64,000 nt of DNA. It comes from Cyanophora paradoxa CCMP329. Lineage: Eukaryota; Plantae; Glaucophyta. Location: contig QPMI01000499.1 of assembly GCA_004431415.1 (NCBI GenBank), positions 212,700-276,699 of the forward strand, in the 5' to 3' direction. The notes under the pieces are model-generated. The model saw only the letters and a list, made by a program, of their open reading frames with translations. It was not told the origin of the DNA and did no database searches. Of this stretch, positions 48,489 through 60,717 are shown piece after piece. Numbering within the stretch: the first letter of the stretch is position 1; each line of letters opens with the position of its first letter. The translations under genes were made by a program, and so were the position numbers.

Positions 48489-49534
48489 TTATAATCTACT
48501 GATGAGATGCCCCCCAAAACAGGTAATACCTTGTATTGTAGCATCATATTGCATGGACGATGTCCAGGTTTGTATAACATTCACAAATTCGTTCGCATAT
48601 ACAGCAAAAGAAGCCTCCATATGAACACTTCGCCTTCCATTGTAAGTTGAAAATTCTTGAACCGATTGAGGGGAAAGAGCCAAATCATTCTTTCTAAATG
48701 CAACTCTACACTCCCCTGTTGATGAAGCTGTTGACATTTGAACAATGAAGAAGAATCTATAAATTCCGGACACAGGTGCTGTAAAGGTGCCTGTGGATAA
48801 TGTGATATTATTGCTTGCATCCACAAGAGTTCTGTTAAAAGCGAATCTTCTTGCTGTTGATGTGGTTCCCACAGTAACTGCTGATGTTGAATAATTTACA
48901 ATACAAAACCGAGGGTGAGGAGCTTTCAGATATTTAATTAGATTTATTGAAGGGAAACATTGTTTATGGTTGCTGTAACCACTGCATTTCTCTTGATATT
49001 GAGTGCATTCGATGATTCAATTTCAGGTGTGTTTAACATTGTGGAAAAGACACCAACACCAACTGAAAAACTACTCGCATTATATCCACCCTCAAAATTT
49101 ATTGGACTCTCAAACATTCCACTTCCAGCATTTAGTATGGATGCTGTTACTGTTCCATTCACCTTTAATGCCTCTCCAAAGTATGCTCCTCCACTCTTGA
49201 CTACAAGAGCGGAAGTATTACTTGTGTTACCAAAAGAAACTATCTGTGCTGTGGTAAATCCACCTACATTATCATATATTGCTGAATCTGGGACTACTTG
49301 ACCTGCTTGAACCTGATTTTTATTCGAGATAATAATTCCTGTGGTTCTTATCTTGCCTCCATTCCTATCACATCGAATTTCTTTGACTCTGAGTATATTA
49401 TTCTCTGTGAAAGAGGTATTACTTGAAGTTTCAGTACAAATATACCCAGGGGTTGAATCAACTACTCCATGAGAGGTGCTGTGCAGTGATTTGGCTGCAA
49501 GTTCATAGTTTGGGATTTCTAATAGAGAGGTCAT
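48489..49534 (-). CDS. Fibre/spike family paralog 4 with C1q-like domain (frameshift near 48945)
   Basis: 48944-49534 has the shared N-terminal domain; 48489-48930 has HPRFC..GTFTAPVSGIYRFFF..FGGHLI. Confidence 0.72.
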
Positions 49535-49559
49535 CTTTGTAATAGTGTGAGAATCTTTA

Positions 49560-50806
49560 TTATGCTGATGCTATCCAATGGATTGCAATTTGAAGCCACT
49601 GTGGTTGAATGGTTACCCATCCTGCTGCCCAAATAACAAGATTGATTGTGGTAGAGGTTGTTGAGTTGCTTGATATTCCTATTTTATAATCGATTTCCAC
49701 ATTTGTTGCAGGTAGTCCCTGCAATGTTACAACAACAGATGGAGCAGATGCAAAGGCAGGACTCCAATTTAATGTAATGCTATGGTTTTGCCTTGCTGAA
49801 CTGCCCCCAATTTGAGGATTCGCAATTGTCATTTCATGTCTCCCTTTTCTAATCAGGTTATCAAGCATGTATTGAGGAGCCAGCTTAGTAACCTTTGAAT
49901 TGTCCCGAGGATCCATGACCCACATTTCTCTTGCATATGCATTTCCACGAACAAGTAGGGTTTTATCCTGATAGTAAGATATAGAGTTAGTAGAAAGGGT
50001 TGAATTGTGGAAATTCCAAATAACAGGAGGATCAGGCATAATATATGGGTCATAATCGAGAAAGTAACCTGATCCAATGAGAAGGTTTGCATTTGCAGTA
50101 ATAGTATTTGCTGTAAAGGGATCGAGGTGGGTTTATTGGTCAGGTCATTGTAGTTGCCCGAAAATAAAGCGGGTTTGTTATAGATATCTGTATTCCAATC
50201 ATGAGTATGTGCAAAATCTGTAATATCTGCTTTGACATGAGTGTGAGCAAAATCTGTAATCTCACTCTTGACATGAGTGTGTGCAAAATCTGTAATCTCA
50301 CTCTTGACATGAGTGTGTGCAAAATCTGTAATCTGTGACTTTGTGTGAGTGTGTGCGAAATCTGTGATTTCAGATTTAAAATGAGTGTGAGCGAAATTCG
50401 TGATATCTGCTCTTGTGTGGGTGTGTGCAAAATCTGTTATCTGGGATTTGGTGTGAGTGTGTGCGAAATCTGTGATCTCTGCCTTTGTGTGGGTGTGTGA
50501 TCTATAATTCAGATCAAGGAAGCTACCTGAATATGCAACAGGGTGTAGATTAGATGGGGTGGGTTTATTAATTAGATCATTATAATCTCCTGTGAAAGAT
50601 ATGATTTTCAGTTCACCTCTTCCTACATAATCAGAAGGTAGATCAATCTTAATGGGCATTATTGCTGGATCATCAGGTATCTCATACTCACCTCCTGGAT
50701 GTACAACTGGGAATGTTTGATTGCTTTCAGTGTGAACAAAGAAGTTGCATGCTGTCACTGTTCCATCAATAGTCCCACCTGTCAGAGGGAGGTAATCACC
50801 TGTCAC
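49560..50806 (-). CDS. Phage-tail-fibre-like protein with HTH repeats and H-type lectin/gp53-like tip (frameshift near 50070)
   Basis: YLPLTGGT, F(T/S)G(D/N)YNDL.NKP x2, 8 x HTHxKxxITDFA; C-terminal WSPAFASAPSVVVTL..IHWIA. Confidence 0.75.
50195..50498 (-). repeat. 36-bp coding tandem repeat (HTHxKSEITDFA x8)
   Basis: Visible in both DNA and translation. Confidence 0.95.
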
Positions 50807-50885
50807 ACCAATATTTATTCCTGCAATGATTGTATTTAGTTCGGTTCATCTATGTAGTTTTGGGCTTGAAGGTAATCCTCTGTAA

Positions 50886-52903
50886 CTATTCTCGATATGG
50901 TCTCATTGTGAATATTCTTTGCTGCTGCCTCTGATTGATTTCTAAGACTCCCTCACCCACTCCACCATTATAATTTGTTTTAATCCATGACACCTCACAC
51001 TGTTTATAATCGTCTCGATTTCCTAAAAGTGCATCAGGTAGCATTCTCTCTCTGCTGAATATTAATTTCGGTCTTGATGAATCTAAATCACTCACATCAG
51101 TAACATTAATTTGGATTGCTGCGTTTTTATCATCATAGTTTGCTGGATCAGATGGTAGAGAGATCAATCCTCCTGTCATTGGGATGTCATCTGCAAAGTA
51201 ACTTGTCAAATAGATACCTGGTTTGGTGTCTTTAATTTCAATACCACCACCAAGTCCCAATATTCCATTTCTTGTAGGGGGTCTAATGTATAATTCGCCT
51301 TCCATTGTGGTGCCTGCATCTATTCCCTTTCGATTCACATAGTAATCATTTAATTGTAATCTTGCTGGTGTGTCTATATTTTGATAGAGACTCACACCAT
51401 TGTTAATATCTCCTAATAATACATTACCTGCTGATGCAAAAGTGGGTTGTTCTCGTATTTCACTCCAAATATGCAAATGGTCTTCTGGTGGAAACTCTGG
51501 TGGGATCCCATCAATATCACCCCAATTATGCCTGTGATCCTCTGGTGGGAATTTCTCTGGTTTACCTAAGATCTCATCCCAGTCATGGTTGTGATCCTCT
51601 GGTGGAAATCTGGCTGGTTTGTTGTTGATCTGCTCCCAATCTGGGAAGAATTCCCAAATCTCAGGTCGAAATCCATCTGGTAATAATTCTTCATGGGGTT
51701 CATAAGGTTGCTCATAGTCAACAGCTGGTGGATCATGACCATCTGCTAAATATTCCTCATGGGGTTCATAATTCTGCTCATACTCATACTCTTGTGGATC
51801 TAAACCATCTGGTAAATACTCTTCATCATTGGGATCATATTGATCATATTCATACTCTTGTGGGTCGAAACCATCAGGTAGGTATTCCTCCTCATCTGGA
51901 ACGAATTGGTATTCGTCAAGCTCCAAAATATCGATTTCAGGAGGTAAATATTGCTCATCAATTTGCTTTCTTGGTTCAATTATCGGTTTATTGCGAACCT
52001 GCTCCCAACTAACAATGTGTTGCCCAAAAGGAACTGTCTCATCTGCTGTGTACTCTCTGCCTGGTTGCTTTTTCGGTGTTAAATCTGGTGGATCCCATGG
52101 AAGAGGGAAGGGAACTGGGACAGGTCCATAATACTCAAAGATCTCTCTTATGGTCTTCTCACTTACAAGCTTCTCACCATTTGCATACACATTGCTGCCA
52201 TGGATATTTCGCCATTGCCTGGTTCGAATTCCAAGGTCTTTCACATTGCTATACAAAGGCAAAAGGTGCCTATCCATTTCGACTAAATCAGGATGTAAAT
52301 GGATTGCTACTGGTTGACTGGGGCTACTGTTGATTGTAATTGATGGCTTTTTTTGATGGACATCTTTTGGAGTAAAGAACCCAAAGGCTCATTCCTTGCA
52401 AAGTCATATGTAATATCCTTGGGGTAGACATCATTTGTGTAGGAGACCTGATTTGTATTGGCAATGGGACCCACTTGCAATACTTGGGGGACCTCAGCTT
52501 TTGCAGTGCTGCCCTCATTGTAAATTCGCAAAGCTGTGTTCTGTTTGCCCTGCTCATCTTGAACATTGAAAACCAATCGACCACTATCAAACCTGGAAGG
52601 TATATCTGGGTGAGTGCCACTGGTTTTTAGTTTCCTAGGTCTCCTTCTTGTTGCTTTGATCTCTGCCACTTGGTTTGCTTTCACATTACCCAAGCTAAAA
52701 GCAACACTAACTTCCTCCTTATCTGGATCGGTTTGATTCACAGACAAAGCATGCTCCCTTGATTGAGTCTTGGATGAATTATCGGAACTGTGGTCAATCG
52801 AAACTGAACCCTTTACTTTAATATTATCAAAGTTCACATGCTTGGTGCTGCTTGCATTATCATCTTGAATGGTTTCTAGATTGGGTGGGTAATTGAAGCT
52901 CAT
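50886..52903 (-). CDS. Long fibre-like protein with acidic and FPPEDHxH repeats (frameshift at T-run ~52350)
   Basis: LLP..N..DLG....QWRNI motif, EEYLPDGFDPQEYEY repeats, KP..FPPEDHxHxW..I x3; the 50886-52277 frame stays open upstream into the 52307-52903 ORF. Confidence 0.65.
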
Positions 52904-52946
52904 GGCTTTTACTATATGGATTTATAAAATTCCTGATAAGTAAAAG

Positions 52947-54502
52947 ATGCCTCAGAAGATCGTTTTAGCATTGTCAGGGGGAGGTGCAAGGGGCATTATC
53001 ATAACCAGGCTGCTAAAAGAAATTGAAAATCGAACTGGCAGAAGAATAATCGATCTTGTGGATCTTGTAAGTGGAACTTCCACTGGTGGGATCATTGCAA
53101 TAGGTTTGAATATCAGGCATCCTGATAAACCAGGTGAACCTAAACTGACAGCAAACGATTTACACAATATTTACCTAACTCAACTGCCCTTGATTTTTGC
53201 AAATCCTCGAAATATAATCGAAAATGCCCTTTTTAACACAAAGTATGATGTCGGACCCTTGGAGACTGCAATCAATTCAGTTACTGGTGAATCACTAATA
53301 CAGGATTCCCTAAAGGACATTGTGATTACATCCTTTGATACTCAGAATATGAAACCAATATTTATCACAAATGATAACAATTACAACTTTATGCCTTGTA
53401 AGATTGCTGCTAGGGCTACTTCTGCTGCTCCTACATATTTCTCTCCTGTAAGCATTGTTGATTTCAATCGAGGAGTATTTGTCTGTCTTATTGATGGTGC
53501 CATTTCGGGAAACAATAATCCCAGTGTGTGTGGTTACAGCCATGCAAAGAAGATTTACAGTGATGATGATGATATTATAGTAATAAGCATCTCTTGTGGT
53601 GAGGTGGACCCACATTTAGAGTCTGATTATGTGGGTTATGCTTATGAGACTGTCAATAGCTGGGGCATTCTCTCATGGATTGCCTCAACAGATGGAAGCC
53701 CATTGATTAACATGCTCATGGCTGCAAGTGAGCTTTCTGCCCTTGATAAGATGGAGGAGTTGTTACCCTACAACTATGATCAGGATTATGGGAGATACTA
53801 TAGGCTATCAGTCCCTCTTCCAAATCATATAGTAAGCTCTCTGGATGACACTTCTAAAATCCCAGATATGATAGCATTCACTGAAACATACATAGCAGCA
53901 AACAATGATATGATTAATAAGCTTTGCAGCCTACTAGTAGCAAACTATGAACTTAAGAACCCTTCAAAGGCTTACATCTCATCCACTCTCACTACATCAC
54001 CTCCTTTGGATGCCAATTGGTATCAGCTTGCAGATGATGCCTTTACTGCCTCATCCTCTGTGACAGGTAAAGAGCCTTTCATGGCAAGACCTTCAGCATT
54101 TGGCTGGGAAGCTGGAGCCTTTGCTCCTGAACAGATATGGGAAACCCCACTGAATACCTTCAAGTTGCTTTCCCATATACTTTCGAACTCTCCTCTGTTA
54201 TTGCCTATGGTTCAGGGGACACCAATGCTTTTATTAAGACTTTCAATGTGGCAACATCCACTGATGGGATCAACTGGTCTTTTATTCGATCAGATGGGCA
54301 AAACAAAATATATGTCTGTGAGAACATTAACAATGCTCACAACTCTGGTGATGTGGCTCTATTGAGTGGATTTCCTCTCAGCATCAAGGATGCTTTTTAC
54401 ATAGGTTTCTCTCTCAGAATTAAATATATTCGCATTTATCCCCTTGTGTATGTGAATGCTCCCACAATGAGAGTTGATTTCACAGGTGCCTTTATTCGAT
54501 AA
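52947..54502 (+). CDS. Patatin-like phospholipase fused to an F5/8 type C (discoidin) domain (frameshift ~54135)
   Basis: GGGARG, GTSTG, ARATSAAPTYF, IDGA; C-terminal EYLQVAF..STDGINW..KYIRIYP..MRVDFTG. Confidence 0.88.
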
Positions 54503-55421
54503 ACTCCAACTGAAACGAATTATCGATTCCATTCATATCAATCAGTTCACCAAAGTAATCTTTAAACTCCACAGTGAGTTCCCTTATCACCAGGTTTCTG
54601 TCATTGATTTGAATAAATTCTGCATGTTCACCACTATGGTAAACATAGCCACCTATATCTTTACTCAATTGCAATCTAAGGATAGCCCCCTGGTTGTGTG
54701 GTTGCGATTTCGGAATTATATTGTGTCTGCTGGCAAAGGGGCTAGCTCTTTAATATGCATGTACAGATACTGCTCAGCATTCATATCAGACATCTTATTA
54801 CTGGTGAAATAATACTGCAAGGGCTTTGAGGAGAGTCTGGGTCCTGAGAAGGTGATTCCCATGCTGGGTGATCAGGTGTAATAGGTTTGCCATCATACTT
54901 TAAAAGGTTCTCAGGTCGATATGGAGATCCACCAACAGGAGGAGTGCTATAATACCCAGTGGTGTATTCAGTAGAACTTACACCCAAAAGCTTCCCTATT
55001 CGCTTGTTGCTTGCAATAAAACGAAACTCATGGTTACTGTAAAACTCCACTTTATAGGTTGTTGGGTTGTAGAATATCTTGAAGTCGAAAAACACAGTTT
55101 TATCTGCAATGGTTTTGAAGCTTGAATAGTTCAGCCCATAATTATAGGGATGTGTGACCCCAAAATGACCCTGGTTAATGTAGCCACTGGAAGGGGATAC
55201 ACTTTCTGTGTGATGATTTCATTGTATGAACCATCTTGGTAGTTAAAATCAACTGTTAAATGATCAGTTCCCACACTGTTATAGATACTGTTTGGAATCT
55301 CTGCATAGAGAACCCTGCATTCTCTTGGTCTCTCTACTGGAGTTGTGAGGGTGACCCTGTAAGAGTTTTCAGATTCCCCTTGGCTTCTATCCCTGCTATC
55401 AATATTAACAAGTCGATTCAT
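54492..55421 (-). CDS. Minor capsid (penton)-like protein A, frameshifted
   Basis: N-terminal VNIDSRDR..AEIPNSIYN; YLYMHIKEL; C-terminal LTVEFKDYFGELIDMNGIDNSFQLEF, typical of PLV/NCLDV single-jelly-roll minor capsids. Confidence 0.75.
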
Positions 55422-55450
55422 TTTAATATATAAATATAGATAAAAGAAGA

Positions 55451-56460
55451 ATGCCTGTGGATTACATCGAGGTTAGCTCATTTAATACAATCTCTGGTGA
55501 TGGTCCCACATCAAGCTTTGTGGCTAGACTCCCCAGTAGTTATGAGAATGTGAGGGCTGTAAGACTGGTATCAGCCGAATTTTATAACAGCATCCCTATG
55601 GTGAGTGGGGAAACCAAAGTAGGAGATGTAACAATCGACAATTCATTTAGTATTTACTATTCTGAAGAACTTGCAGGAGCTGGAATTGATGGTATCCCCA
55701 CAGTTCGCCCAGCTGAGGACTTTGAACAGTGGAAACAAATCATTATAAGTCGCAAAGCCCCCATCCAAAGCCACCAACAACTGGTGAATGTTATTAATGA
55801 AAAGTTCGATTTAAAAAATCCTAAACCATCTCTTCGCTGCAAATGGGATGAGTCACTGAAACGAATAGTATTCCATTCCGAAAAAAAGTTTTACCTGGCT
55901 TTCTCACTTGCTGTAAATCCAAACCTGCAAACAATTCAAAAGCTATTGAGTTCAGGTAGACTGCTTGGTCTTGATCCTGGAAGATATGGCAATTCCTCAA
56001 TCCAATCACAAGTTTATGATGCTCTCACTGATGGTATCTTTACTGGACTCGAGTGAACGGTATTCTATCTTCTTTTGAGCCTGAGAAGACCAGGGACAGT
56101 GTTTTGTTTGTGAGAGTAAAGGAGCTGGGTGATCTGGTGCAATGTGGGGATGGTCTTTTGACTGGTTACTTCCATAAAATAGTGGTCCCTGACAAAGACT
56201 ATGGTGAGCATGTAGTTTACAATTCAACAGAGGCTCATCCACTTTACAAATACTATAATAAGAAAGTTGGATTATCCACTTTCTCGGTTGATATTGTAAA
56301 TGCTATTAATGAACCAATTGATTTTGAGGGTCAACCTGTTCATCTTACCTTTGAAATTCGCTATGGTGATGAGCCAGCTGGGGACCCAGTTTATGAATAC
56401 TTTAAGATGAGAATGTCACAGCTTCACCCTTCCTATCCAGTTATTACAAGCTTCGCATAA
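55451..56460 (+). CDS. Minor capsid (penton)-like protein B, frameshift ~56050
   Basis: LPSSYENVRAVRLVSAEFYNS; LFVRVKEL; LSTFSVDIVNAINEPIDFEGQPVHLTFEI. Confidence 0.75.
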
Positions 56461-56513
56461 ATTAAGGATCATTGGTAGATTTTTTATGTTGCAGTATAAT
56501 AAAAGAGAATATA

Positions 56514-57874
56514 ATGGATATCACTTCCACTCTTCAAAGACTTTCGCTGAAAGAAGCCCTAACAACCCCAGAGGAGGCGAAAGCCTTTTTCCTGGATAAC
56601 TCCCTTATGCTTGGTCTCGAATCCAAGTCTAAGCCAGTTCTAGTTGTTGTGAATCCCAGCAATACTTTTGAGAATAATGTAGGAAATCGCATTTCCTTCA
56701 AGCTACCTCGCTACAATTTCTGTGGAAAACTCGAACTTGCTTTCGACCTACCAGAAATCACTTTTGCTGGTGAAGATCTAGTTCGCAATGGATACACTCG
56801 CCAGTTGGTGCTTTAGTTCAGCGACTTGAAATTACCTATGGATCTTACACCTACCACATCCCTTCTGATTTCCTTGCTCATTTCCCCCTGGTCTATTATT
56901 CGGAGGATCAACTAGCTAAAAAGAAACGCTCAATGGCATGGTTCATGGTATCCCTGCTCATGGAACCAACCGACTTGGTGGCTCATTTTTCGTTGAGATC
57001 CCAGTGCCTTGGCTAAATCACTATCTTCCCCTTGGTGCTTTATCTGGTGAAATGGTTGTTACTGTTTGGTTTAAGGATGCTGGAAAGGGTTATGTTGAAA
57101 CTTCCTATGGTGGTCGCTCTCTCCCTGTTGTTGGTGGGACAGCTGCTGATAAGACAGAAGATGATGGTCTTGGTGATACTGCTAATGCTACACTTGCCCA
57201 TGTTGGTCAAAACATCACCACTTTCAGTCTTGGTGCAACAACCCCTGCTATTTCAATTACTTCTCCTCGCCTTTAAATGCATGCTATTAATGTTTCTGAT
57301 GAGCTTTTCGCTACTGTAATTGAAAAAGTAAAGACAACTGGCATGGCTATTCCCTCCCTTGATATTGGATTGTAGATGCCATTGCTTTTGCTGCCAAGGG
57401 CAATGCCAGCCCAATCGAATTAACCTCTCTCAAATCTCAGGTCTTGTCTATGCTCTGCTTGTTTCAGTTCGTGATTATGAGACTGTTGACAAATCCAATG
57501 GCTCCCACAGTGTCTTAAGACCTATGCCAACTCCAAAGAGATAACATTCACTGTGGAAATAAATGGTCAGCGTCTCTATGCCACTGAGCCAATTTCCCTA
57601 CTCAAGGTGCTGAGCTTATTGCTGATGCCTTCAAATGCTCTAACATGGACAAGGTTGCAGATAAATATGTCCTTTCAGGTTTAAGTTCTGCATTGATGGA
57701 GAGAAGGCGATTCGAAATATTGCTCAAAGTGGATTTGTTGACCTGACAAATTCCTCATCTTCATTCCTCACACTCTACATGCCCACAGATAAGACAATCA
57801 ATGTTCAAGTTCGCGCTCTCATGCATAGTTTCCTCATTATAGACGGTTCAGGTGTTCGTAGAATCAATTTATAG
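56514..57874 (+). CDS. Major capsid protein (double jelly-roll), several frameshifts, ~450 aa
   Basis: ISFKLPRYNFCGKLELAFDLP; FVEIPVPW..YLPLGAL..EMVVTVWF; INLSQISGLVYALLVSVR; GFVDLTN..FLTL..VQVRALMHSFLIIDG; lies between the penton and ATPase genes. Confidence 0.78.
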
Positions 57875-57933
57875 ACCATTTTCAGTCTCCCTGCATTATT
57901 TTTATCTGTCTTTATTTAGGAAGATCTACAACA

Positions 57934-58627
57934 ATGCAAGATTTAGAAGAGTTTAATGTCTCTGAAATGATTAAAGGTGTTTTCAGAGCCATTTTTATAG
58001 GCAAAAGTTGTACGGGAAAAAGCGAATGTGTAAAGTATTGGTTAAAGCAATTACATGATGCCAAAGTTATTGATGTTGTCCTAGTTGTGAGTGGGACCAG
58101 CTTCAATCATTTCTGGAGAGAGGTTGCAACAGTAGAACTTGGTAAATGGGATGCCGGTTACATTTCAAAGCTTTTGGATGAAAGGCAGGAGAAAATCGAA
58201 AAGGGTGAACCTGTCAACCACATGTGTGTTGTTTTAGATGATTAATTGATAATGAGATAATTGATTTAACCAGAGACAAGTGGTGTCATCTCTGTACAGT
58301 AGGGGCAGACACTCGAAAATATCCATTATCTGCATCACACAAAAGCTAAGAAAGTCTCTTCGACTATTCGAGTTAATTCTGATTATGCTGTTTTCCTGAG
58401 TGCTGCTAATCGCAAAGAACTTTGAAGCCATAGAGGAAGAATACAATATAATGCGAAACAAGGAGGACTTTTACAAAATGTTTGAAGAGTATGTCCACTC
58501 CTATCAGTATATCGTTTGGTCCTCTGCTGGCTACTCTGTTAAATACTTTGTAGATAAAGCTGAGCTTGTCAAAGACTTCCCATTTCTCGCTTCCACAGAA
58601 AGCCCAAAAAGAAAGAAGATGAACTGA
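57934..58627 (+). CDS. A32-like (FtsK/HerA) genome-packaging ATPase, frameshifted
   Basis: Walker A GKSCTGKS, Walker B CVVLDD, SRGRHSKISIICITQ, RVNSDY. Confidence 0.9.
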
Positions 58628-58741
58628 AACCACCAGAAAAAGAGGAAGCCCCAAAAGAAGTGAAAAGCCAAGTCCATAGCAATAAATTGATGCGATATAA
58701 ACGCGGTTTATAAAATTATCTCTCATTCTAATAAAGATACA

Positions 58742-59397
58742 ATGCCTCCCAAACGAAAAATAGGGATCCCAGCTGGGGCTGTTGGCTATTCAGGTGGTGG
58801 AAACAATGATCTATTAACACTGAACAATGAAATTCAATGGTATGAACGAAATCAAACCCTCACAACCCAAGAAGACCCCTAAATGCTGCCTATGAGGAAT
58901 CAGTCGATGACAAAGCCCCACAAAGTTCAACTGCTGACCAACTCAACATTTCACCAGAAGCCTCAAAAATGAAAGCTGTTGCTGAGGGTGCCAGGCGAAT
59001 TATTGGTGCTGCTGATGATAAAGGTTTAGGCTTGCAAGATCTGTCATTGGCTCGCAAAGGTGAAGGTCTAAGTAAAGAATCAGACAAGGTTATTCAGTCT
59101 ATGGCTGGTGAAGTCACATACAAGACTGCTCCCACTCAAAATATTCATCGAATTCCCAAGGCTCAATGGGATGAGATGACTGCTAAACTCAAAGATCTGG
59201 AAGCCAAATCCAGTGCTTTGGAGCAGTATGTTACTGAGAAGAAAGAGAGAGCCAAGCTAAAGGAGATGCTTCGAAAGGAAGTTTATAAAATGGGAATCAC
59301 TGGTGTCCCAGATAAACAGTTTATTGCTAAGAAAGAGAACCAAATCGATGAGCAGGCAGTAGATGAAATGAAAACAAAGACCCAAAAGGAACATTGA
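58742..59397 (+). CDS. Hypothetical viral protein (frameshift ~58880), coiled-coil C-terminus
   Basis: ATG 58742 MPPKRK..; continues into ORF 58969-59397. Confidence 0.5.
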
Positions 59398-59490
59398 CCT
59401 GGTGCCACCAAAGCTGAAGTAGAAAAGGGAGTAGCCCAGCAGTATATAAAAGACGAGTTTGGCTTTAATTATCTCTGTTTTATTAGAGAT

Positions 59491-59682
59491 ATGGACATAA
59501 TACGAAAGTTCTTCGAGATGTTCAGTCTGCATGTGGTGAGCAATTGCCACAGTGGATGTTGTGACACAACAGTGGAGTTGAGATGTCAGATAATGAGGAT
59601 AATGCTCAGAAGCAAGAGAGAGAAGGAGGTCTACAGTTTCTGTGGAGTCAATGCCAGCAGACCCCACAGAGTATACATATGA
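59491..59682 (+). CDS. Small Cys-containing viral protein
   Basis: MDIIRKFFEMFSLHVVSNCHSGCC; AT-rich start context. Confidence 0.4.
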   Translation: MDIIRKFFEMFSLHVVSNCHSGCCDTTVELRCQIMRIMLRSKREKEVYSFCGVNASRPHRVYI

Positions 59683-59744
59683 GCAACAGGAGTATCCAAG
59701 GAGAAGTTCTCTGCCAGCAGAAAACGTTTTCTCTGGGAATATAA

Positions 59745-60033
59745 ATGGAGGACACTATTAGTTTAATCGAGTTTACCAGTGATGAACCTGTTACTGAGGG
59801 TTCTATAAGACACATTCTAGCAATGCAGAAACGATATAGAGACGACCCAGCATATAGAGAGTATAAGACAACAAGCCCTGGCATCCTATTATCGCAGAAA
59901 AGCCCAAAAAGAGGAGCAGAGACCCAGAGGAAGACCGATTAAATATTATTTGCCAACTGAAAGTAGCAATGGACCCCAGGTCTATAAGAAATCGAGAAAA
60001 AGCGGTCTCAGTATGCAACTGAGGCAGCTATAA
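59745..60033 (+). CDS. Small basic AT-hook protein 1 (frameshift ~59868)
   Basis: QKRYRDDPAYREYK then, after a frame change, QQALASYYRRK..RPRGRPIKY. Confidence 0.55.
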
Positions 60034-60135
60034 AAGTTTACAGACAGGAACTGGTGTTCGCAACAAAAATGACTTAAGGAAAAAGTACATAGGTTGTATT
60101 GAGAAAATTATTTTCGTATCTACTATTAAAGAGAA

Positions 60136-60462
60136 ATGCCGAATATCCGCAAGATACTCACAGATGATGAAAAAGCAGAAAAGCTGAGACTGAAAAGGGA
60201 GCAAGATGCCCAAAGAAAACGCGAAGCCTATCATAAAAAGAAGGAGGAACGATTATCCCAAGGAGCCGCTACAGTTCACACACCAGAAGAACTCAAAAAG
60301 ATTGCCCTCAGACACCAGAGGAAATACAGGGAAAATGAAGAATATCGCGAACAGAAAAAGGCAAAAGCGCTGGAATATTACCACAAGAAGAAAGATGAAC
60401 AACCCAAGACACCCAAAGAGCATAAACCGGTTGGAAGACCTCGGAAATATATCGAAGAATAA
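60136..60462 (+). CDS. Small basic AT-hook protein 2
   Basis: K/R/E-rich; QRKYRENEEYREQK..ALEYYHKKK..PVGRPRKY. Confidence 0.7.
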   Translation: MPNIRKILTDDEKAEKLRLKREQDAQRKREAYHKKKEERLSQGAATVHTPEELKKIALRHQRKYRENEEYREQKKAKALEYYHKKKDEQPKTPKEHKPVGRPRKYIEE

Positions 60463-60717
60463 ATTCTCGATCAAAACAAATCTTGTAGAAATTGATTTGA
60501 TCGGAGGCAAAAAAATGACAGCTTTCTTCCCTCTTTTTTAAAACTGTACCTATATATCGAGACAGTATCCCGACCCAAAACTACTTAAGGACTTGGCAAA
60601 TAATAGGATATATATAAAAGACAATTCCTCCTTCCGAAATTATTTTCTTCGTTAAAGGTAGAAGTCCCCCAAAATCGAAAATGAACAAAATCGAGAAATT
60701 CGCCACCCCTGTTGAAA

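Noticed and set aside
23756-49534. Diversity-generating retroelement acting on the fibre genes
   Set aside because: The only RT is a host-side LINE remnant; no TR/VR pair with adenine-specific differences seen among the fibre heads.
50195-50498. 36-bp repeat as CRISPR array
   Set aside because: No spacers; an in-frame coding repeat with synonymous variation.
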